Positions 29,883 through 43,323 of a DNA stretch of 64,000 bases are shown piece after piece; the stretch's first letter is position 1; every line of letters begins with the position of its first letter. Both the position numbers and the translations under genes were made by a program. Under the pieces are notes generated by a model. It worked only from the letters and a program-made list of their open reading frames with translations, searched no databases and was not told where the DNA came from. The DNA comes from Octopus vulgaris. Taxonomy: Eukaryota. The stretch is from positions 24,366,001 to 24,430,000 of the forward strand of contig OX597836.1 of NCBI GenBank assembly GCA_951406725.2, written 5' to 3'.

Positions 29883-30147
29883 TATTCATATATGATTGCC
29901 AACTCGAGTCCGTGTGTATCATACAGGTTGAAGATGGGAAGGATGGCTTTCCTTTGCAAATACTGATAGGGCACACAAAGTGTGTCAATAGCCAGGTGGA
30001 TGAGGTGTCCTCCTGGGGCTACAAGCTACAGTAGCATCCCCCCTTAAGGATTAGCCACATTTAAGTGGCAAATATACTTCACGATGTCGTGCAGCTACTG
30101 TCTATACCTCGCTCAGAGATTTATTATTTCTTATATATATATATATA

Positions 30148-30191
<44 letters not shown>

Positions 30192-30357
30192 GATGAATAT
30201 GGTACTTAAGTTAAAAGCACCAGAATTTAGTATGGTTTTATCCATATAATTCTAAATGAGGTGATTATAATCAAAATAAGCAACAAGGATATCCAGATAT
30301 TTTATGATTTTATATATATATATATATATATAAAGATATATATATGTATATGTGTGT

Positions 30358-30431
<74 letters not shown>

Positions 30432-30801
30432 ATAAGGGTAGAAATTTTTTAAAATTTTAATACCGGTGGCTAAAATGTGTGATAAAGTCGATAGACAACA
30501 TATTTTTATATATAATAGTGTATAAACAATAAAGAGGTGACCTTTGACAGGACTGCTTACATGCTAGAAAGAGCAGTCAAAACCCAAACCACGAATAAAA
30601 AAAAATTTTTTGAAAAGGGTGGGTTTTTTTGGGTGGGGGCGGACGGTTGGAAGTCTTGCCGAAGCAGCTACCAAGTTACAAATCAATAAAATTATTAGTT
30701 TTATACATATAATTCATATTGAAGTATACACATAAGCGTGTGTGTATTAATATATGTGTATTAATAGACAGTTCGCGTGCGTTGCTTTGTGTATACGAGT
30801 C

Positions 30802-30854
<53 letters not shown>

Positions 30855-31218
30855 TGAAATTCTCGTAACCAGACAATATAAAGTATAAACAAAACACAAA
30901 CATAAACACACTTTCGTGCTTGAGGAAGGTATTAAAAGAGGGTCGCTTCCTTTGGCTGCTGATCTGAATAAACTTGGTATTTGTCACGTGTGTGTAGCTG
31001 AAGCGGTCCTATCATGTTGCATGTCAGTAATATCATAATGTATTGATGTACTTCCAACTATTTCTTCACTGCCACCACCATCGTCACTCTCTCTGTTTAT
31101 ATAAACCACATAAAAGCTCTTCATTTTGGATGACAACGTTCAGTCAAAAGTAACAAGAAATGAAGGGGAAAAAATACTGAAAAAAGAAGTCAGTGCTCTT
31201 AAAAACTCACCTACAATA

Positions 31219-31632
31219 GGCGCAGGAGTGGCTGTGTGGTAAGTAGCTTGCTAACCAACCACATGGTTCCGGGTTCAGTCCCACTGCGTGGCATCTTGGG
31301 CAAGCGTCTTCTGCTATAGCCCCGGGCCGACCAATGCCTTGTGAGTGGATTTGGTAGACGGAAACTGAAAGAAGCCTGTCGTATATATGTATATATATAT
31401 ATATGTATGTGTGTGTATGTTTGTGTGTCTGTGTTTGTCCCCCTAGCATTGCTTGACAACCAATGCTGCTGTGTTTACGTCCCCGTCACTTAGCGGTTCG
31501 GCAAAAGAGACCGATAGAATAAGTACTGGGTTTACAAAAGAATAAGTCCCGGGGTCGAATTGCTCGACTAAAGGCGGTGCTCCAGCATGGCCGCAGTCAA
31601 ATGACTGAAACAGGTAAAAGAGTAAAAGAGAG
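31219..31632 (+). mobile_element. tRNA-derived SINE family B, full length
   Basis: Head GGCGCAGGAGTGGCTGTGTGGTAAG, GGTTCAGTCCC, internal TA/TG microsatellite, tail ending (GTAAAAGA)n; near-identical to 52668-53116. Confidence 0.92.
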
Positions 31633-31697
31633 AGAATTCTTTTTAATTTTTGTTTTGCATCAAATCCTGAAATGTTCCTTTGTGAGGAGATATAATC

Positions 31698-31764
31698 AAT
31701 GAGATGTAATTAATGAGATGTAATTAATGAGATGTAATTACTGAGATGTAATTACTGAGATGTA
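31698..31764. repeat. 14-bp minisatellite A(A/C)TGAGATGTAATT, ~4.8 units
   Basis: Direct reading. Confidence 0.9.
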
Positions 31765-32034
31765 CAACAGATAACGACGCTCCTCCACTGGAGATAGGTC
31801 TTAAAAGAGGTGTGGAAGGGGCCTCTACGTAGTCGTATAACTTACGAGAAATAGCACCAAATTCTCCCTCAATTCACTAGTGTTCTCTTATAATGGAAGA
31901 AGACACTGGATAGTGTAGTTCTAGATAACCTATGTATGACTGAAACACTGGATGGTCACATCTGGAGCATCTTCGATTATCGATCTACTCATCAGGTTTG
32001 ACTAGGTGTTTAACAGCAGCTACAAAAGTTTATA

Positions 32035-32117
<83 letters not shown>

Positions 32118-32851
32118 ACCCACGCAAGCACATGCATGCATACGTACACCTATCATTCCGTCAAGGCACATAAAACATCATAATTAGAGGCTGTCTTAAG
32201 GCGATAATGTCGTTGGGCTATTCATACACTACTCCCGAGGATGAACGAAGGTTTTATTGCTATTTTATAGCTCCATGTCAGCTCTGATTAAAGAGTTGAA
32301 AACCTTGCTCTGTATTTTGACATACATTCTTATTTCTATGCGTTTCACTCTTGTAGATTTTGTATATTGTATTCCTTTCAGTTTCCAGTCTGTTCCTCTA
32401 GAGCCAAAAACACTTGTTTTGACCAAAATTCTCTTCTGGCGTGACTCTTACATCTCCTCTGCATCTGCTAATGGTTCAATGTTCGGGTCTAATGAGGTGG
32501 TGGATTCTGCTGTCATTTCTGTTCGCGGTCTTTTCTTTCATTATACGTTTGTCTGCACAGAATGGATGGCAGAGGGCGTTCACTGGATGTTGCGGTAGTA
32601 ACAGCCTTGACTGTTCCGGATGTATCTTTTCTGTTTTTCGTTTCTTGCTTTGTTTTGTATAATTGATTATATCCAGTGGTTAGGGCTGTAAGGTTTGGGG
32701 ATTGCGGATTGCCTCAATAACGAATAATACTCTTTTTATAATTCATTGGTCCAGTGCATTTTTTTCTTATATATAAACAGTAAAACCTCGGTTTTCGAAC
32801 AACTCTGATCACGAATAAATCGTAATTTATCTCCTGTCTTCCTCATATTCA

Positions 32852-32886
<35 letters not shown>

Positions 32887-32890
<4 letters not shown>

Positions 32891-33160
32891 CGTGATCACC
32901 GTGATCGACCAGGCTATCAGTTATTGCTACACATCGCTGGTCACAATGCGCTTCGCATTGTTTTAGCCTTCAAATGACACGAACCCGCTGGCTAAGCGAG
33001 CAGGCCAACAGAAGGAGTACAGCAGGGATCGCCACCACAACCCCTGGATGAGCATCGTGGAGCTTTAAGCGTTTTCGCGCAATAAACACTCAAAACGCCC
33101 AGTCTAGGAATCGAAACCGCGATCCTACGACCGTGAGTCCACTGTCCTAATCACTGGGCC
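32887..33160 (-). mobile_element. SINE family C with tail C2
   Basis: Head GGCCCAGTGATTAGGACAGTGGACTC; tail ...GATCACGGTGATCACGGTGA shared with 23327-23583. Confidence 0.8.
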
Positions 33161-33199
33161 AAACTAATAGAAATTAGTTTGAAGCCTTCTATCTAATTT

Positions 33200-33263
<64 letters not shown>

Positions 33264-33340
33264 ATAAATAAATAAATAAATAGACACACAGATAGACAGG
33301 CAGACATGCAGGCAGACAGACAGACAGACAGACAGACATG

Positions 33341-33410
<70 letters not shown>

Positions 33411-33413
<3 letters not shown>

Positions 33414-34418
33414 TTCGTTATTGGCCACGCAGGGCTGAACACAGAAGGGACAAAATACAAGGTAGAGCTTTTCATTTTGGGAAGAAGAGTGGAAAAAAGG
33501 GGTCGAATTCCAATCGAAAGGGAGCGTGAAAAAAAAGATAAAAAATTTTAAAAAATAAAGTGGGACCGATCAATAGGGATCATGTATCACAGAAATGTCA
33601 ATGTAAAAAGGGGAAACAGATTAGGTTTGCCCGTGGATAGAAAAACCTATGAAAAGACCACGAGAACATTGAGCAATAGTATCATGCAAAAAGAAAACAT
33701 ATTACAGTAAGTGGCTCTCTTTTTTCCTTGCTACCTTCACCCATCTTTTTTTTTTTTTTTTTGAAGCATTCACTAGACAAAACTTCCCTCTCTACTCTCC
33801 CCTTCCTCTTCAAGTGATACTTAAAGAAGTTGATGAGAGATTGACCAGAGAGGAAAGTGTTTGTCTCTAGACCTTTCAGATATGTCCACCGTACACATTC
33901 TTTCGCCATAGCCAGAAGTACGATGAAAAAGGCTCTTCCTTCTGGTTTCAAGGAAGGTGCGACAATATTCACGATAGACTCGGTTGATAAACCGACTCGT
34001 CCCACATGCGATAACGATCGTTTGACATAGGCCCGCAGGTCGGAAATGTTTGGACACTGTACGAGTGCGTGCAGGACGGTTTCGTTGCTCTGACCGCATC
34101 TCGGACAGGTCGGCCCCGTGTTTCTCGTGCCTTGCCTGTAGAGCTTATCCCGAACGGGTAGCGCTTCTCGATAGCTCTGCCAGGCCAGGGATCTCTGGAA
34201 GTTGTCCGTAGGTCCCGGCCAGAAAGTCGTCTTGAACAGGCGGGTCAGGTATTCCTCGTCGACGCCCAAGTTCGCCCCGAGATCGTCGTCGTACCTCCCC
34301 TCAACTAATCCCCTATAGAATGGTTTAGTTGTGTTGAAGTCGCTCAAGGTCGACCCGGGACGGCATAGTTGCTTGAGAGCAAAGCGACACTCGCGGTGCC
34401 ATTCGCCCTTCCTCGGGT
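33411..34418 (-). mobile_element. L1/Tx1-like LINE 3' fragment (zf-RVT/CCHC region and 3' UTR) within (GATA)n
   Basis: ORF 33682-34704 contains LAWQSYREALPVRDKL...CPRCGQSNETVLHALVQCP, typical of the L1/Tx1 ORF2 C-terminus; long open frame; GATA tracts on both sides (33200-33412, 34418-34500). Confidence 0.85.
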
Positions 34419-34428
34419 AGATAGATAA

Positions 34429-34477
<49 letters not shown>

Positions 34478-34750
34478 CAGATAGACAGATAGACAGATAT
34501 ACATATATAGATGCATACATACATGCATGCATACATATACACATATATATACACATACATATATGCATACATATACACATACATACATGCAAATGCATGA
34601 ATACATACATGCAAATGCATGAATACATACATGCATATAAATGTACATATACATGTATACATATATGTATATATACGTGCATACATATGCATACAAACAT
34701 GCATTTATATATATATGCATATAGATGCATGCGTATACAGAAACACGTAT

Positions 34751-34848
<98 letters not shown>

Positions 34849-35278
34849 AAACATACCACTAGAAACAACAGAACTAATTAAGATGTGTAAAGAAGCCAAT
34901 GTGTTAAGTTCAAAAATATATTTGTTGTGTGTTAAGTTGTACAGGTAAGTGTAATCTCGTATACTTTACAACACACTCGATTGCAATTTAAGGTGAGAAA
35001 ACTTAGGATCAGTTGCAGACTCGGAAACGTAACACAAAGAAGTAAAAGAAAAGAAAAACCTGAACCTTTTTAAAACTACGTTTCTTTTTTTAATTTTATC
35101 CTCTCTCTCTCTCTCCCTCCCTCTCTCTCTCTATATATCTATCTATCTATTTATCTCTCTCTCTCTCTCTCTCTCTCTGTTGCAAAATTGTTATTATCTC
35201 AGATGTATAAAACATAAATATCGGGAGAAATTTTCAAAGATAAACATATAAAACTTTGCTTATTTCAAAACTCTGGAT

Positions 35279-35362
<84 letters not shown>

Positions 35363-35382
35363 TGTTTGTGTGTCTGTGCATA

Positions 35383-35440
<58 letters not shown>

Positions 35441-35443
35441 TGA

Positions 35444-35484
<41 letters not shown>

Positions 35485-36750
35485 CTGATCATTAGAGAGT
35501 GAGAGCTGAAACAATGAATACTATGTTTTTAAATTTGAGCTCTGAGATGTGGACGACTACCACCACCAAATTGGATCCTATTTCTTCTTTTTTCTCACAC
35601 GTTTTTCCGTGTGTGTGTGTGTGTGTGAAATTTAACGATAGGGTTTCAACGTGCAAGTTGTTAGAAATTATTGGCAGGTAAACGGCCCCTTTGACGGGAC
35701 ACAGTTTATTTTACAGAAGACCTTTAAGCTTGTTTCTACAGTGATTCAAATACGTGGTTCAAATCTAGTCAAGGCTGTTGCTCATCCTGTCTAAAAATGG
35801 CGTGTATAGGTTCCCTTTCACCCCTACCCTCTCTCCCTTTTTTCTCCCTCCCTCTCTCTCTCACTCCCTTCTCTTTTATGTGTATATACGTGTGCATTTG
35901 TAAGTGTGTCTTTGTATGTGTCATGTTTTCTTCTTGCGGGGTCAGCCTAAGCCTTGTGCGTGAAATTGTGTAGCCCCCGGTGTCAAAGCTCATCTGCTGG
36001 ATTGTAGCTGTTAGCAAAGGTGTCACTTTGTCAAACACCCATTGCTGTGTTGATTCTTCCCAAAAAATTACATTAAGGGTGTAGGTGACCATGGAATATT
36101 CAGCCACTCACAGATTTATACAGTGAGGAGGTATTTCAATCGAACGAACAACTGGAATGTTCATCCTCGTCAATAACGGGGATCCATTTATCTACCCTTT
36201 ATTTATTATTCAGGTGTGCCTTTTTGTTGTTGTTAAGCAGGTATCTTCTGATCCAGCGGGTGTTTTCTGATCGCCGTGGCCATCCCATCGTTCATAATGT
36301 ACCTAGGACTACATCGTGCAATGTATTCATTCGTGCAATGTATTCAATGCAGTGTATTCATTTTTACGTATTCAATGAAAGGAAAATTAGACGAAATGGA
36401 GGGAAATTAGAGTGTTACTTTTAGCTCGTCGGCTGACTGTACAGAGCTTTCTGATGATGATGTGTTTTGTTACTGTTGTTACTATTGTTGTTGTTTTGCG
36501 ATTGTTTCATTCAGGCCAGTTTTGATACTGCACGCTTATCAAATGCGTTACCGCCATGATCATCACATCTTATATTCAGTCATGATGTAGCTTGGAGTAC
36601 ATCATATAATGTGTACTTTCTTTCTCACTGGTGTACAGTTCGAAGTACCAGTTCGATCAGCTCCTGCGACAACAGCAGCGTAAAACTCTCGCACGATGGT
36701 TCGTAACGGTTTAGCTTGATGTAGAGATGAATGAATGCAGATATGAGAGA

Positions 36751-36794
<44 letters not shown>

Positions 36795-36801
<7 letters not shown>

Positions 36802-37255
36802 TGGAAAATATACCGCCAACTATGCCCAAACGACCTAAACATTAGCTTCAAGGTTCATCCAAGACTTGGACCACGGGCTATACGTCCCCTGCCCAATTCA
36901 AGATCACAACATACATGTACACTGCAACATAATTTCTTTTCCTCAACAGGCCCTGCCCTATTTAACATTGTCCCGAGGGAGATCAAAGAGGAAAAGGATC
37001 CCATCAACTTTAAACAGAGTCTGGATAGATTCCTTCAAAGAATACCAGATAAGCCACCCATAATTGGATACAACTCACCCAACAAGAACTCACTACTTGA
37101 ACAAAACTGGATACAACTCACCCAACAAGAACTCACCACTTGAACAAAACTTGACTTAAACAGGATTCGAATAATCCTATCAGGTGGTGCTATTAAGTTA
37201 GACATGGCCTGGACCAATCTTTGGTCGAAACATATCTAAGTTTATCTAAGTTTAT
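36795..37255 (+). mobile_element. CR1-like LINE 3' fragment
   Basis: WKIY..CPN...GPALFNIVPREIK...FKQSLDRFLQRIPDKP...NSLL; tail with repeated TATCTAAGTT; internal 43-bp tandem duplication (37065-37150). Confidence 0.85.
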
Positions 37256-37873
37256 ATATAAACAACATATAATTATAAATCAATGAAAGCTTACAGAAAG
37301 AAGGTCTATGGCAAACAAATAATCCGATAATTAAAACAAAACCACAATGTTTTCGCAATGCGGGTAAGAAACAAATTGCAAACATGCACAAGAGATTTTA
37401 ATGAGGTGATGATATATTTACCGTGTTTAGAGGCAGTTATCAACGTCGACAAACAACACCAGTTGTCAAAATTGGTGGGGAAGGTCACCATCGACATGTA
37501 TACATCAGACAAATTGATATCTTTATTCTTTGAAGGTGAATAGTTTCGCTTTGGTCTCTTTTTGTTTCTCATTTTTCGCATACATGTCTGCGTTTTTCTT
37601 TATTTTTATTTTTTTTCATGGTTTTAAATTGGTTTCTGTATTGTTTTGTTGTTTTACATGTTATTGTTATATTTGTTTGTTTGTTGGTTGGTTTCGTAAT
37701 ATAAACCATCAGATAACAGGTGATCTTTCTTTTACGTCACGCCATGTCAACAGCAAGAATCTGTATTTCTTTTGAAGACATCTCTTTGGACTTGCAGGCA
37801 ACGAATGCCTCATAATGATTTACTTACACACACACTCACACGCACATACTCACGCACACACACACACACACAC

Positions 37874-37926
<53 letters not shown>

Positions 37927-38542
37927 TACATTCATACATATGTATATATGTGTCTATGTGTATATATATATATACACATGTAAGTATGAGTGAAGGCATG
38001 CATGTATGTATATAAGCGCGCACACACCCACGAGGGGGGGAGCTTGAAGTTCCTGCACATATGCACACACACAAAGAGATACATATATACATAGATACGT
38101 GTGTGTGTGTGCGTGTGTGTATGCGTGTGTGTGCGTGTGTGTGTGTACGCGCGTGTGTGTGTGAGTGGAGGTGAATGTATTCAAAACGAATTATGGTGAT
38201 TATTTGCACTGAATTATAGAACTCATCAACGGTAAATGGAAACATATCAAATGTGACACAATAACATTCTGGTTAGATTAAGCAAAACAGCATTCCTAAA
38301 CTATGACTGAAGAATGGCGATACAGCGTCTCTAAGTGGAAGTGTCTTCTTTGTCTATATAGAAGTGTGTATATGTGTATGCCTCAGCGAGTGTGTGTGTG
38401 TACATATATATATACGTGTCTGTGTGCTTATAAATGTGTGTGTATATATATATATATACATGTCTGTGTGCTTATAAATGTACCTGTGTATGTGTGAGTG
38501 TATATATATATATATGTTTATATACATACCTACCTGTATATG

Positions 38543-38614
<72 letters not shown>

Positions 38615-38623
38615 CATACATAC

Positions 38624-38673
<50 letters not shown>

Positions 38674-38774
38674 ATATATGTATATGTATATGTATATAGA
38701 AGGTTGAAAAAGAACACACGAGTTGATATATATATCAAAAAAAGTCAAGGCAGAAAATACTAAAATAATATGTA

Positions 38775-38966
38775 TATGTTTGAGTGTCTGTGTTTGTCCT
38801 CCAACATCGCTTTTCAACAGATGTCGGTGTGTTTACGTCCCCGTCACTTAGCGGTTCGACAAGAGAAACCGATAGAATAAGTACTAGGCTTAGAAAGAAT
38901 AAGTCCTAGGGTCGATTTGCTCTACTAAAGATGGTGCTCCTGCATGGCCACCATCAAATGATGAAA

Positions 38967-38968
<2 letters not shown>
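38775..38968 (+). mobile_element. SINE family B 3' half
   Basis: Sequence match to 52915-53095. Confidence 0.82.
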
Positions 38969-39002
<34 letters not shown>

Positions 39003-39043
39003 GTGTGTGTGTATATATATATATACATAAAATGTATATATAA

Positions 39044-39077
<34 letters not shown>

Positions 39078-39099
39078 GATATATATATATATATATATC

Positions 39100-39290
39100 A
39101 ACAAGAGAGCAAAATTCAATGGGACATACACAGTGAATGTATTAGGTTGACGGTCAGTTGAAATTTGGAAAAAAGAGGGGAGTGTGACGTTTCGAGCATG
39201 GCTCTTCATAAGAAAGAAGAAAGGGGGAAGGTCTGGAGAGAAGGAAAAGAATAGTCCAAGAAAAGCACGTGCGTGTTTACATGGCTGAAA
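39100..39290 (-). mobile_element. Putative Penelope-like terminal repeat with hammerhead-like motif
   Basis: Minus strand CTTATGAAGAGCCATGCTCGAAACGTCA (39185-39212); homologous to 2965-3190. Confidence 0.45.
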
Positions 39291-39364
39291 ATACCGGAAG
39301 TGAAGAGAGATTGAGAAAGTGGCTTTTGAAGACAGAAGAATGCAATAATATATCTATGTTCTCT

Positions 39365-39680
39365 AATTCTTTTATTTGTTTCAGTCATTTGGCTGCGGCC
39401 ATGCTGGAGCACCGTCTTAAGTCGAACAAATCGATCCCAGCAATTTATTTTGTAAGCCTAATACTTATTCTATCGGTCTCTTTTGACGAACAGCTAAGTT
39501 ACGGGGACGTAAACTCACCAACATCGGTTGTCAATCGATGGTGGGGGGACAAACACAGACACATAAACATATTCATACAATGGGCTTCTTTCAGTTTCCA
39601 TCTTCCAAATCCACTCACAAGGCTTTGGCCGGCCCGAGGCTATAGTAGAAGACACTTGCCCAAGATGCCACGCAGTGGGA
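39365..39680 (-). mobile_element. SINE family B, 5'-truncated
   Basis: Reverse-complement match to family B; ends at the left TIR of the adjacent Tc1. Confidence 0.87.
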
Positions 39681-39682
39681 CA

Positions 39683-41219
39683 CACAGATATGACAGAAGT
39701 AAATAGACACCGTTATAATCGTTAAAATTTATATAAATCAGAAGTTATACATTCAGATTATTCATTTATTGTAATAATGTGAATATTTAATATTTAATAG
39801 ACATGACACTTGCATTTTTCAATGTAAGGAGCTTATCAGGCATGTTAATGATCAGATGGGGATTTTCTTGCCAAGTTTCATGTAGTAATCTCAAAATATT
39901 TGGCTTTGAAGATGCTTTCTTGTTCTTTCTATGAGGTGTCCTGTTCATTATGCCCCAGAGATGTTCAATAGGTTCATATCTTGTGACTGGCTTGGCTACG
40001 GAAGCTTTTTAATGTCATTCTCATCCAACAAATCTTGGGTCATTTTAGCCGTTTGACAAGGAGCCCCATCTTCCATAAATATAAAGTCACCTTTAATCAT
40101 TTCACCACTGAAGAAGATTGGAAGTAGTCCTTTCTGCAATATGAACATATATTTATCTGAGTTTATGCTTCCCACACATCCTACCAGCACTGATTGACCA
40201 TTGCTCCAAATTGCTCCCTCGGCCATCACAGAATAGCTGCTATGTTTCATTGTTGGCTGCAATCTTTTCACGTCAAATTTTTGATCGTAGAGTCTCCAGA
40301 CCCACAGAACATGACAGTGTCCAAAAATGTTAGTAGCCGCCCCATCATCTCACTGGCCCAAACTTTTCTCCGCTTAATATTGGCTGGTCTAAGAAGTGGC
40401 TTTCTTCTTGTTGCTCTGCAATAGTAACCAAATTTGTGGAGATATCGGACAGCTGTTCTAGGATTGATATCAACTTGTTCTGCTCTGTCAGAGGCCTTGC
40501 AACGAGGATTATCCTCTACTCTTCTCTTAACAAAGAGAAGGGTCCTGTCAGAAAGCCCTGGTCAACCTGGGTGAGGTGATGTGGACTCCTTCACCTCTCT
40601 GGTAAATTGCACAATCACTCTATTAACTGTTAAAAACGGGGTCCCAAGGTTTTCTGCAATTTTACCCTGACTGTGTCCACCTTCAGATTGACCCACAATA
40701 TGGCCTCTTTGAAATTCACACAGTTCCAATGCTTCTTTTGTACATGGCATGATTAAATAGTCACATATAGAAAGGCGCATGGCTCAGTGGTTAGAGCGTC
40801 GAGCTTACGATCGTGAGGTTGTGAGCTCGAATCCCGGACCGGGCTGCGTGTTGTGTTCTTGAGCAAGGCACTTTATTTCACGTTGCTCCAGTTCACTCAG
40901 CTGTAGAAATGAGATGCGACGTCACTGGTGCCAAGCTGTATCAGCCCCTTTGCTTTTCCCTTGGATAACACTGGTGGCGTGAAGAGGGGAGGCCGGTATG
41001 CATGGGCGACTGCTGGTCTTCCATAAACAACCTTGCCCGGACTTGTGTCTAGGAGGGTAACTTTCTAGGTACAATCCCATGGTCATTCATGACCGAAGGG
41101 GGTCTAAAGAAGAACATGAAACATAAAATGTCAATTAATAAAAAATATAAACCTTTACAAGATAAAATAACCATAAACGATGTTTTATGGGGTGTCTATT
41201 TACTTCAATCATGTCTGTG
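39683..41219 (-). mobile_element. Tc1-family transposon, decayed, with a nested SINE
   Basis: ~29-bp TIRs CACAGATATGACAGAAGTAAATAGACACC / GGTGTCTATTTACTTCAATCATGTCTGTG plus TA; minus-strand [43 protein letters not shown] (transposase ~40750 to 39790, disrupted). Confidence 0.88.
40774..41105 (+). mobile_element. tRNA-derived SINE family D nested in the Tc1 5' region
   Basis: GGCGCATGGCTCAGTGGTTAGAGCG (A box), GAGCTCGAATCCC (B box), then TGTGTTCTTGAGCAAGGCACTT central-domain-like sequence. Confidence 0.85.
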
Positions 41220-41302
41220 TATATATATATATTTGTATCTGTGTGTGTGTCAGTGTTTATGTGCGCATGTGCGTATACACAAACATATATATATATATAT
41301 AT

Positions 41303-41562
41303 ATTCCTTTACTCGTTTCAGCCATGCGGTTGAGGTCATGCTGGAGCACCACCGTGGTCTTGCTGATTTTCTCAGTCTGGGGTGTTTCACATCACCACTC
41401 CTGTATGTGCCTTTGTCCCAGCTGTTGACCCATTTGGTGTATAAGGGAGTTTGATTCCGCTGCCCTCGTCTGTACCTCATGTTTGGCTGTTGGTTCATCC
41501 GGTATTGTGGAGAGGAGGATGTCTAGTTCCTTTTTGAAGACATCTGCTTCCACCTTATGCAG
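41303..41562 (-). mobile_element. CR1-like LINE extreme 3' end
   Basis: ORF 41392-41661: DVFKKELDILLSTIPDEP...RAAESNSLIHQ; 3' tail matches the SINE B tail. Confidence 0.82.
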
Positions 41563-41676
41563 ATATATACATATATATATATATATAAGATAAATGTGCA
41601 TATACATACATTTATATTTATAAATAAATATATACAAACTCAAACACACACACACACACACACAGATATATATATA

Positions 41677-41730
<54 letters not shown>

Positions 41731-41866
41731 AGAGAGAGAGAGAGAGAGTGAGAGTGTGTATAAATATATATCTATATATGCATATACTTTGCCACTTTTG
41801 GGACAGAAAACGTTATCTTTTAATTAGGGCATTTTTTCTGAAACTAAAATTATATGTAAACGAATG

Positions 41867-42009
<143 letters not shown>

Positions 42010-42367
42010 ATGTATTTGCATATACATACACACACATACATACAGACACTCACGTACACGCACATACACACATATATATATATATCATGATATTTGAAAC
42101 TATAACAATCAAAGAGCATATTTAAAACAACAGCCAAATTGAAGCATATAAAACAATAAAGAACTGTTCCTCCTTTGAATGCTGAAAGGACTTCTGAATC
42201 ATTTAAATGTACCTTCATCAATAAAACTAAACAGAGAGCAACCATTATAACGGATACATCATTAACACTAAACAGATATTACTGGGTTATTACTGAATTG
42301 AACTCTCGGAAGGAATTTAAAATGAGGATCTTGATACTTGATTCCCGAAATTATTATTATTATTAAT

Positions 42368-42423
<56 letters not shown>

Positions 42424-42424
42424 A

Positions 42425-42489
<65 letters not shown>

Positions 42490-42536
42490 TATCATTATTA
42501 TTATTATCATTACTATTATTATTATTATTATTATTA

Positions 42537-42733
42537 TTCTATGTTTGACTTTTGCTTTATGTCTGTACAAGTTGGCTCCAAGTCTCACCCAGAGACCTCA
42601 AGAGACAACAGGTTGGAAGTTCACGTTGTTGTTATGCCTAGTGTGCTATATATTTGGGGTTTTTTGGTGTTGTACTAGTGAATGTCTAATACATAAAAAA
42701 AAAGTTTGTTTTAAACCTTGGGATTACATAGAG

Positions 42734-42737
<4 letters not shown>
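42537..42737 (-). mobile_element. R4/Dong-like LINE 3' UTR fragment
   Basis: Similar to 3540-3705; flanked on both sides by (ATT)n. Confidence 0.65.
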
Positions 42738-42830
<93 letters not shown>

Positions 42831-42840
42831 TCATTATTAT

Positions 42841-43264
42841 TGAGTGAGAGAGCAATGCATGCCATCACAGTGACACTGGAGTAAAATATACGAAGCCCAG
42901 TATACCCATCATAACCACCCGTCTGATAAGGGTACACTAGGCACATGCATCACAACCATATGTGCGCGACATGGTGATCTCATATCAAGATAAACAGCAC
43001 ATGACCTTGCAGGTGAGGCCCAGTTAGAATTTTCTTCTGGTCGAGTAGCCCATCCCGTTCAAAAAGTCTTTGAATAAGGATTGTTTAAGGATGTTGAACA
43101 AAACACCCATAATTCCAGAGGTGAATTATTCAAACTCCAAAGAATCCTTCTCAACACATGGCTATGATGATCCCCTACTACTTCTGCTCTTGATCAGAGA
43201 TGCACATATCGTCAGCCACTAAGGGACATGCTCAACTGGTTAAAGTTAAACAACTGACAAGCAA
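42841..43264 (-). mobile_element. Retroposon family E, 5'-truncated
   Basis: Closely similar to 43323-43745; bounded by ATT tracts. Confidence 0.8.
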
Positions 43265-43286
43265 TATTTATTATTATTATTTTTAC

Positions 43287-43322
<36 letters not shown>

Positions 43323-43323
<1 letters not shown>

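Noticed and set aside
37065-37150. 43-bp direct repeat; also the 14-mer array at 31698 and 30-bp duplication at 11347, considered as CRISPR-like
   Set aside because: These are adjacent tandem duplications without spacers or cas genes, in a eukaryotic context.
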